Source: Candidatus Rifleibacteriota bacterium
GTDB taxonomy: Bacteria > Muiribacteriota > Ozemobacteria > Ozemobacterales > Ozemobacteraceae
Direction of reading: 5' to 3'
Assembly (NCBI GenBank): GCA_024710355.1
Contig: JANJUX010000051.1
Coordinates: 16,746 to 80,745, forward strand
Length of the DNA: 64,000 bases
Position numbers and translations under genes: made by a program. Below are positions 29,853 through 39,420 of the stretch, one piece after another. The notes beneath the pieces were generated by a model, which was not told where the DNA came from, did no database searches, and was given only the letters and a program-made list of their open reading frames with translations. Positions within the stretch are counted from its first letter, which is position 1, and every line of letters starts with the position of its first letter.

Positions 29853-31343
29853 ATGCAAAAATTTCTGCTGGTGACGGCCATGCTGCTGCAGGTGGCTGTG
29901 GTTCCCCTGTTTGCCGATGCGATAAAGTTCGAATTCGACTATGATTCGCGGTCATTCGTCGACAGTATGCGCCGTGACTGGACCGCTTACGTCTACGATA
30001 CTGCCACCACTACCCCGGCTTTTGAAAAGCGGCAATATGATAAAAGTTTCATGGGCGGATACAGCGATCTTTATATGGCACTCAAGTCAGATCTTAACGA
30101 AACACATTATTTCGATATCAAGGAAAATCTGTATTACCGCAGTTATAACGATTCGGAGCCCCTCAGCCGCGATGTTGCCTCGTTCAGATACCGCGAACTC
30201 GATCATCTTTTGAATGTCACCTGGGGCATTGCCGCCGGTGATCATGATTACGCTCAGTTCGACTATTTCAACAACATTCTCGAGATTAAGGACCTGGAAA
30301 GTCTAAATTACAAATCACACCGTGGCCGGGCTCAGCTGACGCACGAATTCAACATGCGCACCGATTTCAGTCTCTATGGTTCTTTTGAAGAACGGGAATA
30401 CGATGTCGACATTGACAGTAACTTCAGAGAGGGCCGTGCCGGCTTCGAAGTTGCCTCAAGGCTGCCGGGTCACGACCGCTATGTACAGGTGGCTGCCTCG
30501 ACAAGAGGCGACAGAGATTATTTTGAGAATTTTCCGGGAGCGATGTCGGCCAAAAATGCGGTCGATTATTACACCACTTATGCGAAAAACCCGCGTGATG
30601 ACGACCCGCAGGCCCGCTACATGCGTGAACGTCGACGCGGAGAGCTATATCTGCGTGCGTTTGGCGAGCTGATCAATCGCGAATACGTGAAACTCGACAA
30701 CAAGATGGGCGAGGTGACGGCAGGTTTTGAGACTGCTTACGATGCGGCGGGCGATCTGACTCTGCGACTTCGTGATACTTATCGCAAAACCGATTTTGAC
30801 CGTGAATCACCTTTGCATTTTCAGCATGATGGTCACAGTAACTATCTGGCTCTGGCGGTTGACTATTATTACAGTGCCAATATGGCCCAGACCGTTACAC
30901 TGAGCGATGAACTCAATAAATTCGTGGCGGCCGGCAGCGAAAACTTTCGAATCAACGCTCTCACCTACGAAGGTTTTTTTACTTATGGCAAATCGCGGGC
31001 AAGCCTTGTTCTTGGCGCGTTGCGCCGCCGCTATGATGAAAAAAGAGTTTTATACCCTGATGAAGACGAACTCAGGGCTATTCTCGGCTACGACTATCTG
31101 ATCACCGAGACCCTCAGGTTTCGCATGAAGTCAGAATTTGTCGACCGTGACTATCTTGAATTTGAAAATTATCTGTATTCAACTCACAGTCGCAACGGCT
31201 GGCGGGTAGGGGTAGAAAAATCCTTCAGTTCCTCGAACTCTCTTGAACTGGCATACCAGGAAAACAACGAAAAGAACGATCTGCACACACAGAACAATCT
31301 CGAAGAAAAATCGATCGGGCTCAGCTGGATTTCGCATTTCTGA
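29853..31343 (+). CDS. Putative outer-membrane beta-barrel protein
   Basis: Signal peptide; Y/R/D-rich amphipathic strands; C-terminal ...LSWISHF. Start may be 29835. Confidence 0.65.
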   Translation: MQKFLLVTAMLLQVAVVPLFADAIKFEFDYDSRSFVDSMRRDWTAYVYDTATTTPAFEKRQYDKSFMGGYSDLYMALKSDLNETHYFDIKENLYYRSYNDSEPLSRDVASFRYRELDHLLNVTWGIAAGDHDYAQFDYFNNILEIKDLESLNYKSHRGRAQLTHEFNMRTDFSLYGSFEEREYDVDIDSNFREGRAGFEVASRLPGHDRYVQVAASTRGDRDYFENFPGAMSAKNAVDYYTTYAKNPRDDDPQARYMRERRRGELYLRAFGELINREYVKLDNKMGEVTAGFETAYDAAGDLTLRLRDTYRKTDFDRESPLHFQHDGHSNYLALAVDYYYSANMAQTVTLSDELNKFVAAGSENFRINALTYEGFFTYGKSRASLVLGALRRRYDEKRVLYPDEDELRAILGYDYLITETLRFRMKSEFVDRDYLEFENYLYSTHSRNGWRVGVEKSFSSSNSLELAYQENNEKNDLHTQNNLEEKSIGLSWISHF

Positions 31344-31418
31344 TAAGGAACCGCGGTATTTTATAAATTCAGCGTTTTTGTTGTAGACATCATGGGTATG
31401 TGATACAATTAATTGCCT

Positions 31419-32198
31419 ATGCTAGCTATTGCCTTTACCGGAGTAATTCAGCACGAAGTCGAGCAGGCTCAGCTTCGCAGACTGACAGCGTCGGTAAGGG
31501 CAGACGCGGGTACGGGCTGCATTGTCGTTTGCAATGCAGATGGTCTGTTTGCCTCGGCCGCAAGACTTGAGGCGCAGATTGAAGTGCTCTTTGACAGTGG
31601 AATCGATGTGGTTTTCCTCGGTGAACAGGCCATTGCCAGAAATGCCGGCCGCTCTGCTCTCATGCAGTCTGACCGGCCTCTGATAAGACCTGCAAACCTG
31701 GCCAGAACCTGCCCGGGGCGTGGTTCGCTGCTTTTTGGCGGCACCGAAAAGTCATTCTGGATGCTGAGCGTGGTCGATGGTACCGGTAAAATTCCGGTTG
31801 AGCCACCGCACGTTTTTCTTGATAAATTTTTCAGAAACAAAACCGACGACTTGCCCGTAATCATTAATGTGAATGGCACAGACTTCGATTACCGTCAGGC
31901 TCTCGCATGGCGGTATGGCTCAGACAGGGCAGGTGTTCTTTTCTTCGGCTGCGGGACCGGTTCTCCGACAGTTGTCGCCCCAGGTGAAGGCTGCTTTCTG
32001 CAGCAGGATACCGGTTCAGTGGTTACCGATCGCTCGATCGGTGGTCTGACGCCGGCGTGTTGGTGGCAGAGGCGGATTGAACGATTACCGGTTTCACCCG
32101 TCTCTGAGTGGGGGCTGTTGCGCTGTGATTATACGCTGGTCTGGCTCAATGGTAATGGAAAACCGCAAAAACATCTGCAGAAGACTGTTATGCTATAG
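31419..32198 (+). CDS. YmdB-like metallophosphoesterase fold protein, degenerate active site
   Basis: Retains the YmdB scaffold (RPAN....PGRG, G.DV..LG, D.G, SIGG) but lacks the GD, NGEN, GNH, DFHAE and GTHTH metal motifs. Confidence 0.7.
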   Translation: MLAIAFTGVIQHEVEQAQLRRLTASVRADAGTGCIVVCNADGLFASAARLEAQIEVLFDSGIDVVFLGEQAIARNAGRSALMQSDRPLIRPANLARTCPGRGSLLFGGTEKSFWMLSVVDGTGKIPVEPPHVFLDKFFRNKTDDLPVIINVNGTDFDYRQALAWRYGSDRAGVLFFGCGTGSPTVVAPGEGCFLQQDTGSVVTDRSIGGLTPACWWQRRIERLPVSPVSEWGLLRCDYTLVWLNGNGKPQKHLQKTVML

Positions 32199-32252
32199 CT
32201 GCAGCGATTCGACTGAATTCTGATACGTCAATTTTAAGGAGACCACAGCAAG

Positions 32253-34061
32253 GTGGCCGAAGGTTTAAAGGTTTTACATCAGCAGCTTCTCTATGAAGCC
32301 CAGAAGCAGATTCTTTCCAGCGGAAAGAATACCGATGTGATTCTTCAGATTCTCAGCCGTACTTCTGTCGACCTCTTTGGCAAAAAGGGCTTTGGTGTTC
32401 TTTTTTACGACGCTTCGGCCCAGATTTCGCGAATAAGATTCAACGATGGTTTCAGCGTAAAGTCGCTGAACTTTCACTGCGAAGAATTTACCCGCAGCAA
32501 GCTTGAAAGGCGCCCTTTCCCGGCCGGCCCGGTTGCTGATGAAAGCGGCGAAACGCATGTTTTGATCCCTTTGGGGCCAGACAGCGACCCATTCGGGGTC
32601 CTTCTCCTCCAGGAAATGTCGAGCAGTGAGGCTGGCACACTGGCTGCCTTCCGCGAACTGGCGACCACCTCGATCAGCACTTTCCTTGAAGTCGAGCTGG
32701 TCAGGCTGCGCATGGAAGAAATGGGTGCCCTGCTCGAAGTTGGCCGGGTCGTGAGCTCAACCCTTGATCTGCGTGAACTGCTGACCAAGATCATGAGCAC
32801 CGCAACCAAGGTTATGCGCTGCGAAACCTCGACCGTTTATCTGGTTGATGAACAGACTAACGAGCTGTATTTTCACATTGTTTCCGGCGATCCGAACGTT
32901 GGCGCCAAGCTCCAGGAAATCCGTCTGCCGATGGGTACCGGCCTGGCCGGCTGGTGCGCGCAGAATAACAAGCCCGTCATCGTTCCGGATACCGAAAAAG
33001 ATCCACGCTTCTTCAAGGGTGCCGATAAAAAGTCAGGCTTTGTCACCAGATCGATGATCTGTGTGCCGATGCGTCTCAAAGACAGGGTTGTCGGCGTTCT
33101 GCAGGTTCTCAACCGCACCGGCGATATTCCCTTCAATGATCACGATCTCGAAACACTCGAAAATGTCGCCAATCAGGCGGTTTCGGCCATCGAAAACGCC
33201 CGTCTCTACGAAAATATCCAGAAAGTTTATCTTTCTACCATTGAAGTTCTCGCCACCGCGATTGATGCCAAAGACCCATATACCCAGGGTCATTCACGCC
33301 GGGTTACCCAGTATTCGGTTGCGATTGCCGAAGAACTCAACCTGTCGCCAAAAGAAGTCGAAAGCATTCGTTATGCCGGGCTTCTGCACGATGTTGGCAA
33401 AATCGGTATCAAAGACAGCATTATTCGCAAACCTGGTCGTCTGACCGACGAAGAATACGCCATCATCAAGAAGCACCCGGCAATCGGTGCTAAAATTCTG
33501 CGTCCGGTAGACTTTCTCGCCGACAAGATCCCGGGGGTGCTGCATCACCACGAATATTATGATGGCCGCGGTTACCCCGAGCACCTGACCGGAGAAAATA
33601 TCCCGCTCGCCGGTCGCATCATCTGCGTTGCCGACGCCTTTGATGCCATGACCACCAATCGCCCGTACCGCAAAGGCCTGACTGTTAAAACCGCAGTTGG
33701 CGAACTGCAGAAATTCTCGGGCAAACAGTTTGACCCGGTATGTGTCGAAGCATTCATGCGCGCCTTTGATCGCAAGCTTTTCCAGTATTTCGTCAAGGTC
33801 GAAGATTCTGACGACATGGTTCTGATCGATGACGAAAGCGAAAGCCGTGACCCGGCCGAAGGCATTCATGGCGAACTCGACAGCCAGCCGTATCCGCCCA
33901 TGGCTGCCCACGAAATGAAAGACGACAAAAAGCTCGAAAGTCAGCCTTATCCACCGGTCATTCCACCACATGCCGAAATCAAGACTGATGACAAGACACA
34001 GGCCGAGAAGCCATCGTCACAGCCTTATCCGCCAATTACCGGTAATGAGAAGCCGGAATAA
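32253..34061 (+). CDS. GAF-HD-GYP cyclic-di-GMP phosphodiesterase
   Basis: GAF domain, DPYTQGHS, LHDVGKIG, HHEYYDGRGYP, ADAFDAMT..RPYR; GTG start after AAGGAG. Confidence 0.95.
   Translation: MAEGLKVLHQQLLYEAQKQILSSGKNTDVILQILSRTSVDLFGKKGFGVLFYDASAQISRIRFNDGFSVKSLNFHCEEFTRSKLERRPFPAGPVADESGETHVLIPLGPDSDPFGVLLLQEMSSSEAGTLAAFRELATTSISTFLEVELVRLRMEEMGALLEVGRVVSSTLDLRELLTKIMSTATKVMRCETSTVYLVDEQTNELYFHIVSGDPNVGAKLQEIRLPMGTGLAGWCAQNNKPVIVPDTEKDPRFFKGADKKSGFVTRSMICVPMRLKDRVVGVLQVLNRTGDIPFNDHDLETLENVANQAVSAIENARLYENIQKVYLSTIEVLATAIDAKDPYTQGHSRRVTQYSVAIAEELNLSPKEVESIRYAGLLHDVGKIGIKDSIIRKPGRLTDEEYAIIKKHPAIGAKILRPVDFLADKIPGVLHHHEYYDGRGYPEHLTGENIPLAGRIICVADAFDAMTTNRPYRKGLTVKTAVGELQKFSGKQFDPVCVEAFMRAFDRKLFQYFVKVEDSDDMVLIDDESESRDPAEGIHGELDSQPYPPMAAHEMKDDKKLESQPYPPVIPPHAEIKTDDKTQAEKPSSQPYPPITGNEKPE
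33870..34040 (+). repeat. Triplicated SQPYPP peptide motif in HD-GYP C-terminal tail
   Basis: ELDSQPYPP, KLESQPYPP, KPSSQPYPP at ~33882, 33939 and 34017. Confidence 0.85.
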
Positions 34062-34064
34062 GCG

Positions 34065-35963
34065 ATCGAGTAGGAAATGGGTGATTATTTCACCCATTGT
34101 CCTCTCACACCACCGTACGTACCGTTCGGTATACGGCGGTTCAATGGTTTTGATGCAGCACCTCGTATCTGACTGATATGTCATCATATCCGATGGATAC
34201 GAGGTATTTATTTGTTAATGACCTTTTCAGAACAGGACTTCCAGCCGTTCGCCAGTAACCCAGCCTGGTGTTCGCCCACATCCATGCCCGCTCTTCAGGA
34301 ATCCCTAGCTGCTTCAGATTTCGGAATTTCGCACTGATCTTCTTCCATTGCTTCCATATATACTGACGTATTCTCCGTCTTATCCATTCGTTAAGTTCGG
34401 ATATACGCTCCCTCATATCTGCAATGGCATAGTAACCCAGCCAGCCTGTGGTGAAAACTTTTGTTTCCAGTAGAATCTGGCTGATCGATCTTCCTCTTCT
34501 GCGACTGGTAATCATTCTAACCCTCTTTTTGAAGGTCTCAAGGGGCTTATGATGTGGTCTTATTCCCGTTTTCTTTCCTGTTTTATACAGTGAGAAGCCA
34601 AGAAATTTCATTCTTAGCGGGCTTCCGACACGGCTCTTTTCCCGATTAACCTTGAGTTTAAGCTTTCCTTCAAGGAATCTGACACATCCGGCCATCACTC
34701 TGGCAGCAGCTCTCCGACTTTTGACGTAAATATTACAGTCATCCGCATACCTTACGAACCTATGATTTCTGCTTTCCAGAAGTCTGTCAAAGCTTGTGAG
34801 ATAAATATTGCTGAGCAACGGAGAAAGATTGCCGCCTTGCGGGGTTCCTTCCTCTGTCGGACTTACGAGACCACCAGTCAGAACGCCACTCCGAAGGAAT
34901 TTGCGTATCAGGTTGATTATCCGTTCGTCTTTCACATGCTCTCTCAACATTCTGACCAGCAGATCATGATTTACGGTGTCGAAATATCTGGCGAGATCAA
35001 TGTCTACGACATTGGAGTATCCATGCTCATAATATTCCTTCGCCCGTTTAATCGCCTGCTGTGCACTTCGCTTCGGACGAAACCCGAAACTGCTTTCAGA
35101 GAAAGTTGGCTCGAATATCGGTTGTAATACCTGCACGATTGCCTGCTGAACCATACGGTCTATTACCGTTGGTACACCAAGCAGTCGTTTCCCCCCGTCG
35201 GGCTTAGGAATCTCGACTCTTTTAACCGGTTGGGGGCGGTATTTTCCGCTTGCCAGCTCTTCCAGCAAATTGCTCCCATGCGTTCTCAGATAAGGCAGCA
35301 TTTGATCGACCGTCATCCCGTCAATACCAGCGCTACCACCATTCTGCTTCACCCGCTTGAATGCCTGATTCAGATTATTTCTATCGAGCACCATTTCGAG
35401 CAAAGCATCTGCACCCATCTTCGCTTCGCCTTTTGGTATAACGGCGCTATGCGCTCCTCTGTTACTTTCCGGTTCCACCGTATCATTGCAGAGGTAGCCT
35501 GTTGGAACAGTATTCGGCAGTCGTTGCGTCATTATGCCTTCCATACGATCGAAGATTAACCATTGTTCGGCCCTTCGCGCATCGCTGCGCTAATATGGCC
35601 TCTGCTGACTTCTTGTAGATCAGTGGGGCATTGCTGCCCCACCTGTCGCTGTGGGTTGTCTAACCATCCCTCTTGTCGGCGACCACTACAAGATCTCCCC
35701 GGGTAAGAACGATAACTTTTCCCTCATATACCCGCCGCATCTACACCGCTGACCTCGGGCAGTATTGGACTTTGCTTTGTTAGGCAAGCTCGTCCAGTCA
35801 TGCAATGCCTTATATACGGTTCTTGTTCATCGGGCCGAGGGTTTGCCTCCAGCTTCCTTCAGATTCCACCTCACGGTGGACACCCTTGCCTTTGGCTAAC
35901 AGTTCCTGCTGCCAAGCCTGTAGCGGACTTGCACCGCCGAGTTATCGCCCATGCCGGGCGCAC
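34065..35963 (-). mobile_element. Group II intron, class IIC, full length
   Basis: 5' end GTGCGCCCGGCATGGG at 35963 (minus); short domain V GAACCGCCGTATACCGAACGGTACGTACGGTGGTGTGAGAGG with CGC triad; domain VI hairpin; 3' end ...CCTACTCGAT at 34065; inserted immediately after a terminator U-tract. Confidence 0.95.
34141..35544 (-). CDS. ltrA: Group II intron reverse transcriptase/maturase
   Basis: IPKPDGGKRLLG, SFGFRP, DIDLARYFD, GTPQGGNLSP, RYADD, FLGF, maturase X domain; no HNH endonuclease domain. Confidence 0.96.
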   Translation of the reverse strand: MEGIMTQRLPNTVPTGYLCNDTVEPESNRGAHSAVIPKGEAKMGADALLEMVLDRNNLNQAFKRVKQNGGSAGIDGMTVDQMLPYLRTHGSNLLEELASGKYRPQPVKRVEIPKPDGGKRLLGVPTVIDRMVQQAIVQVLQPIFEPTFSESSFGFRPKRSAQQAIKRAKEYYEHGYSNVVDIDLARYFDTVNHDLLVRMLREHVKDERIINLIRKFLRSGVLTGGLVSPTEEGTPQGGNLSPLLSNIYLTSFDRLLESRNHRFVRYADDCNIYVKSRRAAARVMAGCVRFLEGKLKLKVNREKSRVGSPLRMKFLGFSLYKTGKKTGIRPHHKPLETFKKRVRMITSRRRGRSISQILLETKVFTTGWLGYYAIADMRERISELNEWIRRRIRQYIWKQWKKISAKFRNLKQLGIPEERAWMWANTRLGYWRTAGSPVLKRSLTNKYLVSIGYDDISVRYEVLHQNH

Positions 35964-36006
35964 TTAAAAAAGAAGCCCCCGAAATCAAGTTTCCGGGGGC
36001 TTCTTC
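35964..36006. terminator. Rho-independent terminator (intron target site), probably bidirectional
   Basis: AAGAAGCCCCCG-loop-CGGGGGCTTCTT stem with an A-tract on the left; lies between the convergent HD-GYP and CapD-like genes. Confidence 0.9.
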
Positions 36007-36024
36007 TATGTTGGCAACCTGTCG

Positions 36025-37956
36025 TCAGCCGACCACACGCAGCTTTGGCTTGCCCTCAGCCTTTTTCTGGGTTTCATGGCGGGGTTTTTCATTGTGAATC
36101 ATGTCGCGATTGGGCGCGAATGAAGGCACGATTTCCTGGAAACCCCTGATGATATTGCGCGGTTTCCCAACTCTGGCAGCCATTTCGAGCTTTTCGACCA
36201 TGGCCATTAAGGTCTGTTCATCGACTTCTTCGGGCTTGGCGATGAATATCTTGCTGTTGCGGGTGGCGGTGATGCCTTCAGAAGCGGTGAGAAGCTCTTC
36301 GTAAAGTTTTTCACCCGGTCTGATGCCGGTGAACTTGATTTCGATATCGCGACCGACCTCAAGACCGGCAAGTCTGATGAGGTCTTCGGCCAGATCGACG
36401 ATGCGCACCGGCTCACCCATGTCGAGAATGAATACTTCGCCACCTTTGCCATAGGCTCCGGCCTGAATGACCAGTTTGCTGGCTTCTGGAATCGTCATGA
36501 AGTAGCGGATCATCTTCGGGTGGGTAATTGTGATTGGCCCGCCCCTTTCGATCTGTTCCTTGAACATCGGAATAACGCTGCCGCGACTGCCGAGAACGTT
36601 GCCAAACCTGACTGCGACGAATCTGGTCGGACTGCGTCTGGCGTAACACTTTAGAATCATTTCGGAGACGCGCTTGCTTGCACCCATGACCGAAGTCGGG
36701 TTGACGGCCTTGTCGGTTGAAATCATCACGAATCTTTCAACTCCGGCGTTGTGGGCCGCATCTACCAGATTTCGGGTGCCAAGAACATTGTTTTTAACCG
36801 CTTCTTCCGGGTTGAGTTCCATTAAGGGCACGTGCTTGTGGGCGGCAGCGTGAAATACGATTTCTGGCCGGTGCGCCTGAAAAAGGTGTCCGATCTTTTC
36901 GCGATCCTGAATGTCGGTGATAATAGGTATCAGAACTGTGTTGCCAAGTTTGGCACTTCTCAGCAGTTCCTGGTGAGTCTTGAAAATACTGTTTTCGCCA
37001 TGACCGAGCATCAGAAGCTTTTCTGGCTGAAATGGCAGAATCTGCCGGCAGATTTCACTGCCGATACTGCCACCGGCGCCAGTTACCAGAACCGTTTTGT
37101 TGGTCACATAGGCGGCAATTTCGGCAAGATTGATTTCGGAAGGTGGCCGGCGAAGCAGGTCTTCGATTGCGATATCACGCAGCTGCAGGCTGACTAGCTT
37201 GCCGCCAATGATGTCCTGAAGGCCCGGCAGGGTTTTAAATCTGACATTGGTATTCTGGCAGAGTTTTACTATTCTTCGCAATTCAGCTCCTGAAGCAGAT
37301 GGAATCGCAATGATTATCTCATCCGCCATGAACTTTCCGGCGATCTCGGCGAGGTGTTCCGTTGAACCGATAACTTTCACGCCGTGGATTATCTGGTCTT
37401 TTTTCTTCGGGTCGTCATCAATCAGGCCGACCACATCGATGGGTAGATTGATGTTGCGTTTGATTTCGCGCAGAATGCTTTCGCCACCCTGTCCGGCGCC
37501 AACGATCAAAACCCGTTTTGCCCGTTCATTGGTGCGATTGAAAAGCCAGCAGCGGAAAGGACTCATCTCGACGACGTTGAGAAGAACTCTTGGCGCGATA
37601 CGCAATGTACCGATCAAAATCAGATTCAGCATCCAGTCGATGACAAACACAGCGCTGAGACTCGGAAAAGCCTCCATGAAAAAAATCGAACAGAATTTGA
37701 GAATCGAGTAGCCGGTTACGGCTGTGAATACCGCGACCATATCAGACAGAGAGGTGAACCTGAGAGTGCGGTTATAAAGCCCCAGAGCCCAGAAGCACGC
37801 GAGACCTATCGGCACCAGCATTGGTATGATGAAAAGCAGATAGTGGATATGCTGTGGCTCGAGCTTGTCGAATTTGAGCCAGATGGCCGCAATCAGCGAA
37901 AAAGAAATGCAGATGGTATCTGCAAGTATGAAGATCAGTTTCCTAATCGGAGTCAT
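36025..37956 (-). CDS. Membrane-bound nucleoside-diphosphate sugar 4,6-dehydratase (CapD/PglF/WbpM family)
   Basis: Four TM helices, GAGQGG, TGAGGSIGSE, HAAAHKHVP, STDKAV, RFGNVLGSRGSV, GIRPGEKLYEEL. Confidence 0.95.
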   Translation of the reverse strand: MTPIRKLIFILADTICISFSLIAAIWLKFDKLEPQHIHYLLFIIPMLVPIGLACFWALGLYNRTLRFTSLSDMVAVFTAVTGYSILKFCSIFFMEAFPSLSAVFVIDWMLNLILIGTLRIAPRVLLNVVEMSPFRCWLFNRTNERAKRVLIVGAGQGGESILREIKRNINLPIDVVGLIDDDPKKKDQIIHGVKVIGSTEHLAEIAGKFMADEIIIAIPSASGAELRRIVKLCQNTNVRFKTLPGLQDIIGGKLVSLQLRDIAIEDLLRRPPSEINLAEIAAYVTNKTVLVTGAGGSIGSEICRQILPFQPEKLLMLGHGENSIFKTHQELLRSAKLGNTVLIPIITDIQDREKIGHLFQAHRPEIVFHAAAHKHVPLMELNPEEAVKNNVLGTRNLVDAAHNAGVERFVMISTDKAVNPTSVMGASKRVSEMILKCYARRSPTRFVAVRFGNVLGSRGSVIPMFKEQIERGGPITITHPKMIRYFMTIPEASKLVIQAGAYGKGGEVFILDMGEPVRIVDLAEDLIRLAGLEVGRDIEIKFTGIRPGEKLYEELLTASEGITATRNSKIFIAKPEEVDEQTLMAMVEKLEMAARVGKPRNIIRGFQEIVPSFAPNRDMIHNEKPRHETQKKAEGKPKLRVVG

Positions 37957-38113
37957 ATTTTGTCAATGTACCCCTTCCAGATCCGTAACCTGTTAATTTA
38001 GGCAGAATTTTAGCATGGCATTATAAGATTGTCGACTTTTTTGTACCGATTTTAAATCTTGTTTGATGAAAAAAAAGATTATCTGCGCGGTGAGTTATGC
38101 CGATTTCTGGTAT

Positions 38114-38737
38114 ATGGAGACAATCTCTGAACAGATGAACGATTGCCGGCAGATAACAGCGGTCAGAAGGCAATGCACTGCCTGTGGTGCTGCAAACATC
38201 TCCGCTGCAAAATTTTGTGGCAGTTGCGGCGCTAAAATACCGACTGCGACAATTATCAGAAACAAAAGATCAAAAAGATCAAGGCGGCGCGTCTATTTCA
38301 GAGCGATCCTCGTTCTGGCCGGAATTCTGGTTGCCGCCTCAGCGGTTATGAGTTACCAGCTTTTCAATAGAACTGACGGCGTTAAAGTTTCACCAATGCC
38401 CTTTGCTGATGTCCCCGCGGATCACCCGGTTTACCGTACATGCCGAAACCTTCTGGAAATACAGGCTGTGAGCTATCGAAAGATCCTTGAATTCGCTCCA
38501 CATGAAACAATTTCTCCGGCTGAATGGAACCATGCCCTGAATTCTGCTGCGGCTCACATGAAAATTGCGGCGCCAGCAGAGGCAATGCTGCCGGAAAATT
38601 CGAAAGTTACGGTTGATGCATTGCGAAGCCGGGTAGGAATTCTCGATGGCGACCCTGAATGGGTGAGTAATACTTCACGTATCAAGGCATACTTTTGTCT
38701 TGAACAGATATTCTTTGGCACGAAAGGCAGAAAATGA
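38114..38737 (+). CDS. Zinc-ribbon, TM and SLH-like membrane protein
   Basis: CTACG...FCGSCG, a TM helix, then FADVPADHP (SLH-like). Start uncertain (38063-38135). Confidence 0.7.
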   Translation: METISEQMNDCRQITAVRRQCTACGAANISAAKFCGSCGAKIPTATIIRNKRSKRSRRRVYFRAILVLAGILVAASAVMSYQLFNRTDGVKVSPMPFADVPADHPVYRTCRNLLEIQAVSYRKILEFAPHETISPAEWNHALNSAAAHMKIAAPAEAMLPENSKVTVDALRSRVGILDGDPEWVSNTSRIKAYFCLEQIFFGTKGRK

Positions 38738-39417
38738 AGCGGTTGATTTATCTTTTCTATTTCTGCGTTCTTCTGACGGCGGTTTCCTGGCGACTTGCCA
38801 GCGCCAGTTCTGACTTGCCTGAACTTCAGAGTGTAAGACTTCACGAAGCCAGTGGCGGAACCGACCTGGTTTTTTCCTTCAACCGTATGGTCCGGCCGGC
38901 AACAAGATTTTCTGGTCAGGAAAATTGTCTGACCCTTGATTTTGCTGATGCCTCAATCGCTGAACAGTTGGCTGAGAAAGCTTTCGCCGGCAGAGACCTG
39001 AAGCTGGGCTGGCTTGCGAGTTTACCCCCCAGAGAAAACCTTGTAAGAGCCAGGCTGTATATTCAGCCGCATTGCCTTGCCGCTGTCCGCTATTCCGGAG
39101 AAAATGTGATCGTGAGACTGACCGAAAAAACTCAGGTTAAATCTGACGAAAACAGTGATGACCGAAAGCTTCTCAATCCGCACGAAGATAAAAACTCTCC
39201 GGCAGTCGTCAGCCTGCAGGAAGCGCCATTTCGACCGGCTGTTGAAGAACTCGCGTCGCAGGCCGGCATCGAACTGAGGCTTTCAGGAAATCTGCCCGAG
39301 TCGTTCAGTCTTGAGCTGGAAGCTTCGAGTCCTGTTGAAGCTCTGCAGGCGATTGCCGATGTCTGCAATCTCAGATTTTACCGCGAAGGTAAAGTCTGGT
39401 TTATGGCAGGGGTCTGA
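38734..39417 (+). CDS. Secreted protein with AMIN-like and STN/N0-like domains
   Basis: Signal peptide; L.F.F...LTLDFADA (AMIN-like); C-terminal SLQEAPF...LASQAG...ALQAIA...L.F (secretin N0/STN-like). Confidence 0.55.
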   Translation: MKRLIYLFYFCVLLTAVSWRLASASSDLPELQSVRLHEASGGTDLVFSFNRMVRPATRFSGQENCLTLDFADASIAEQLAEKAFAGRDLKLGWLASLPPRENLVRARLYIQPHCLAAVRYSGENVIVRLTEKTQVKSDENSDDRKLLNPHEDKNSPAVVSLQEAPFRPAVEELASQAGIELRLSGNLPESFSLELEASSPVEALQAIADVCNLRFYREGKVWFMAGV

Positions 39418-39420
39418 ATC

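Noticed and set aside
34141-35544. RT as part of a DGR, retron or defence system
   Set aside because: It is flanked by canonical group IIC intron ends and domains V/VI and has a maturase domain. I saw no TR/VR pair, avd or msr-msd.
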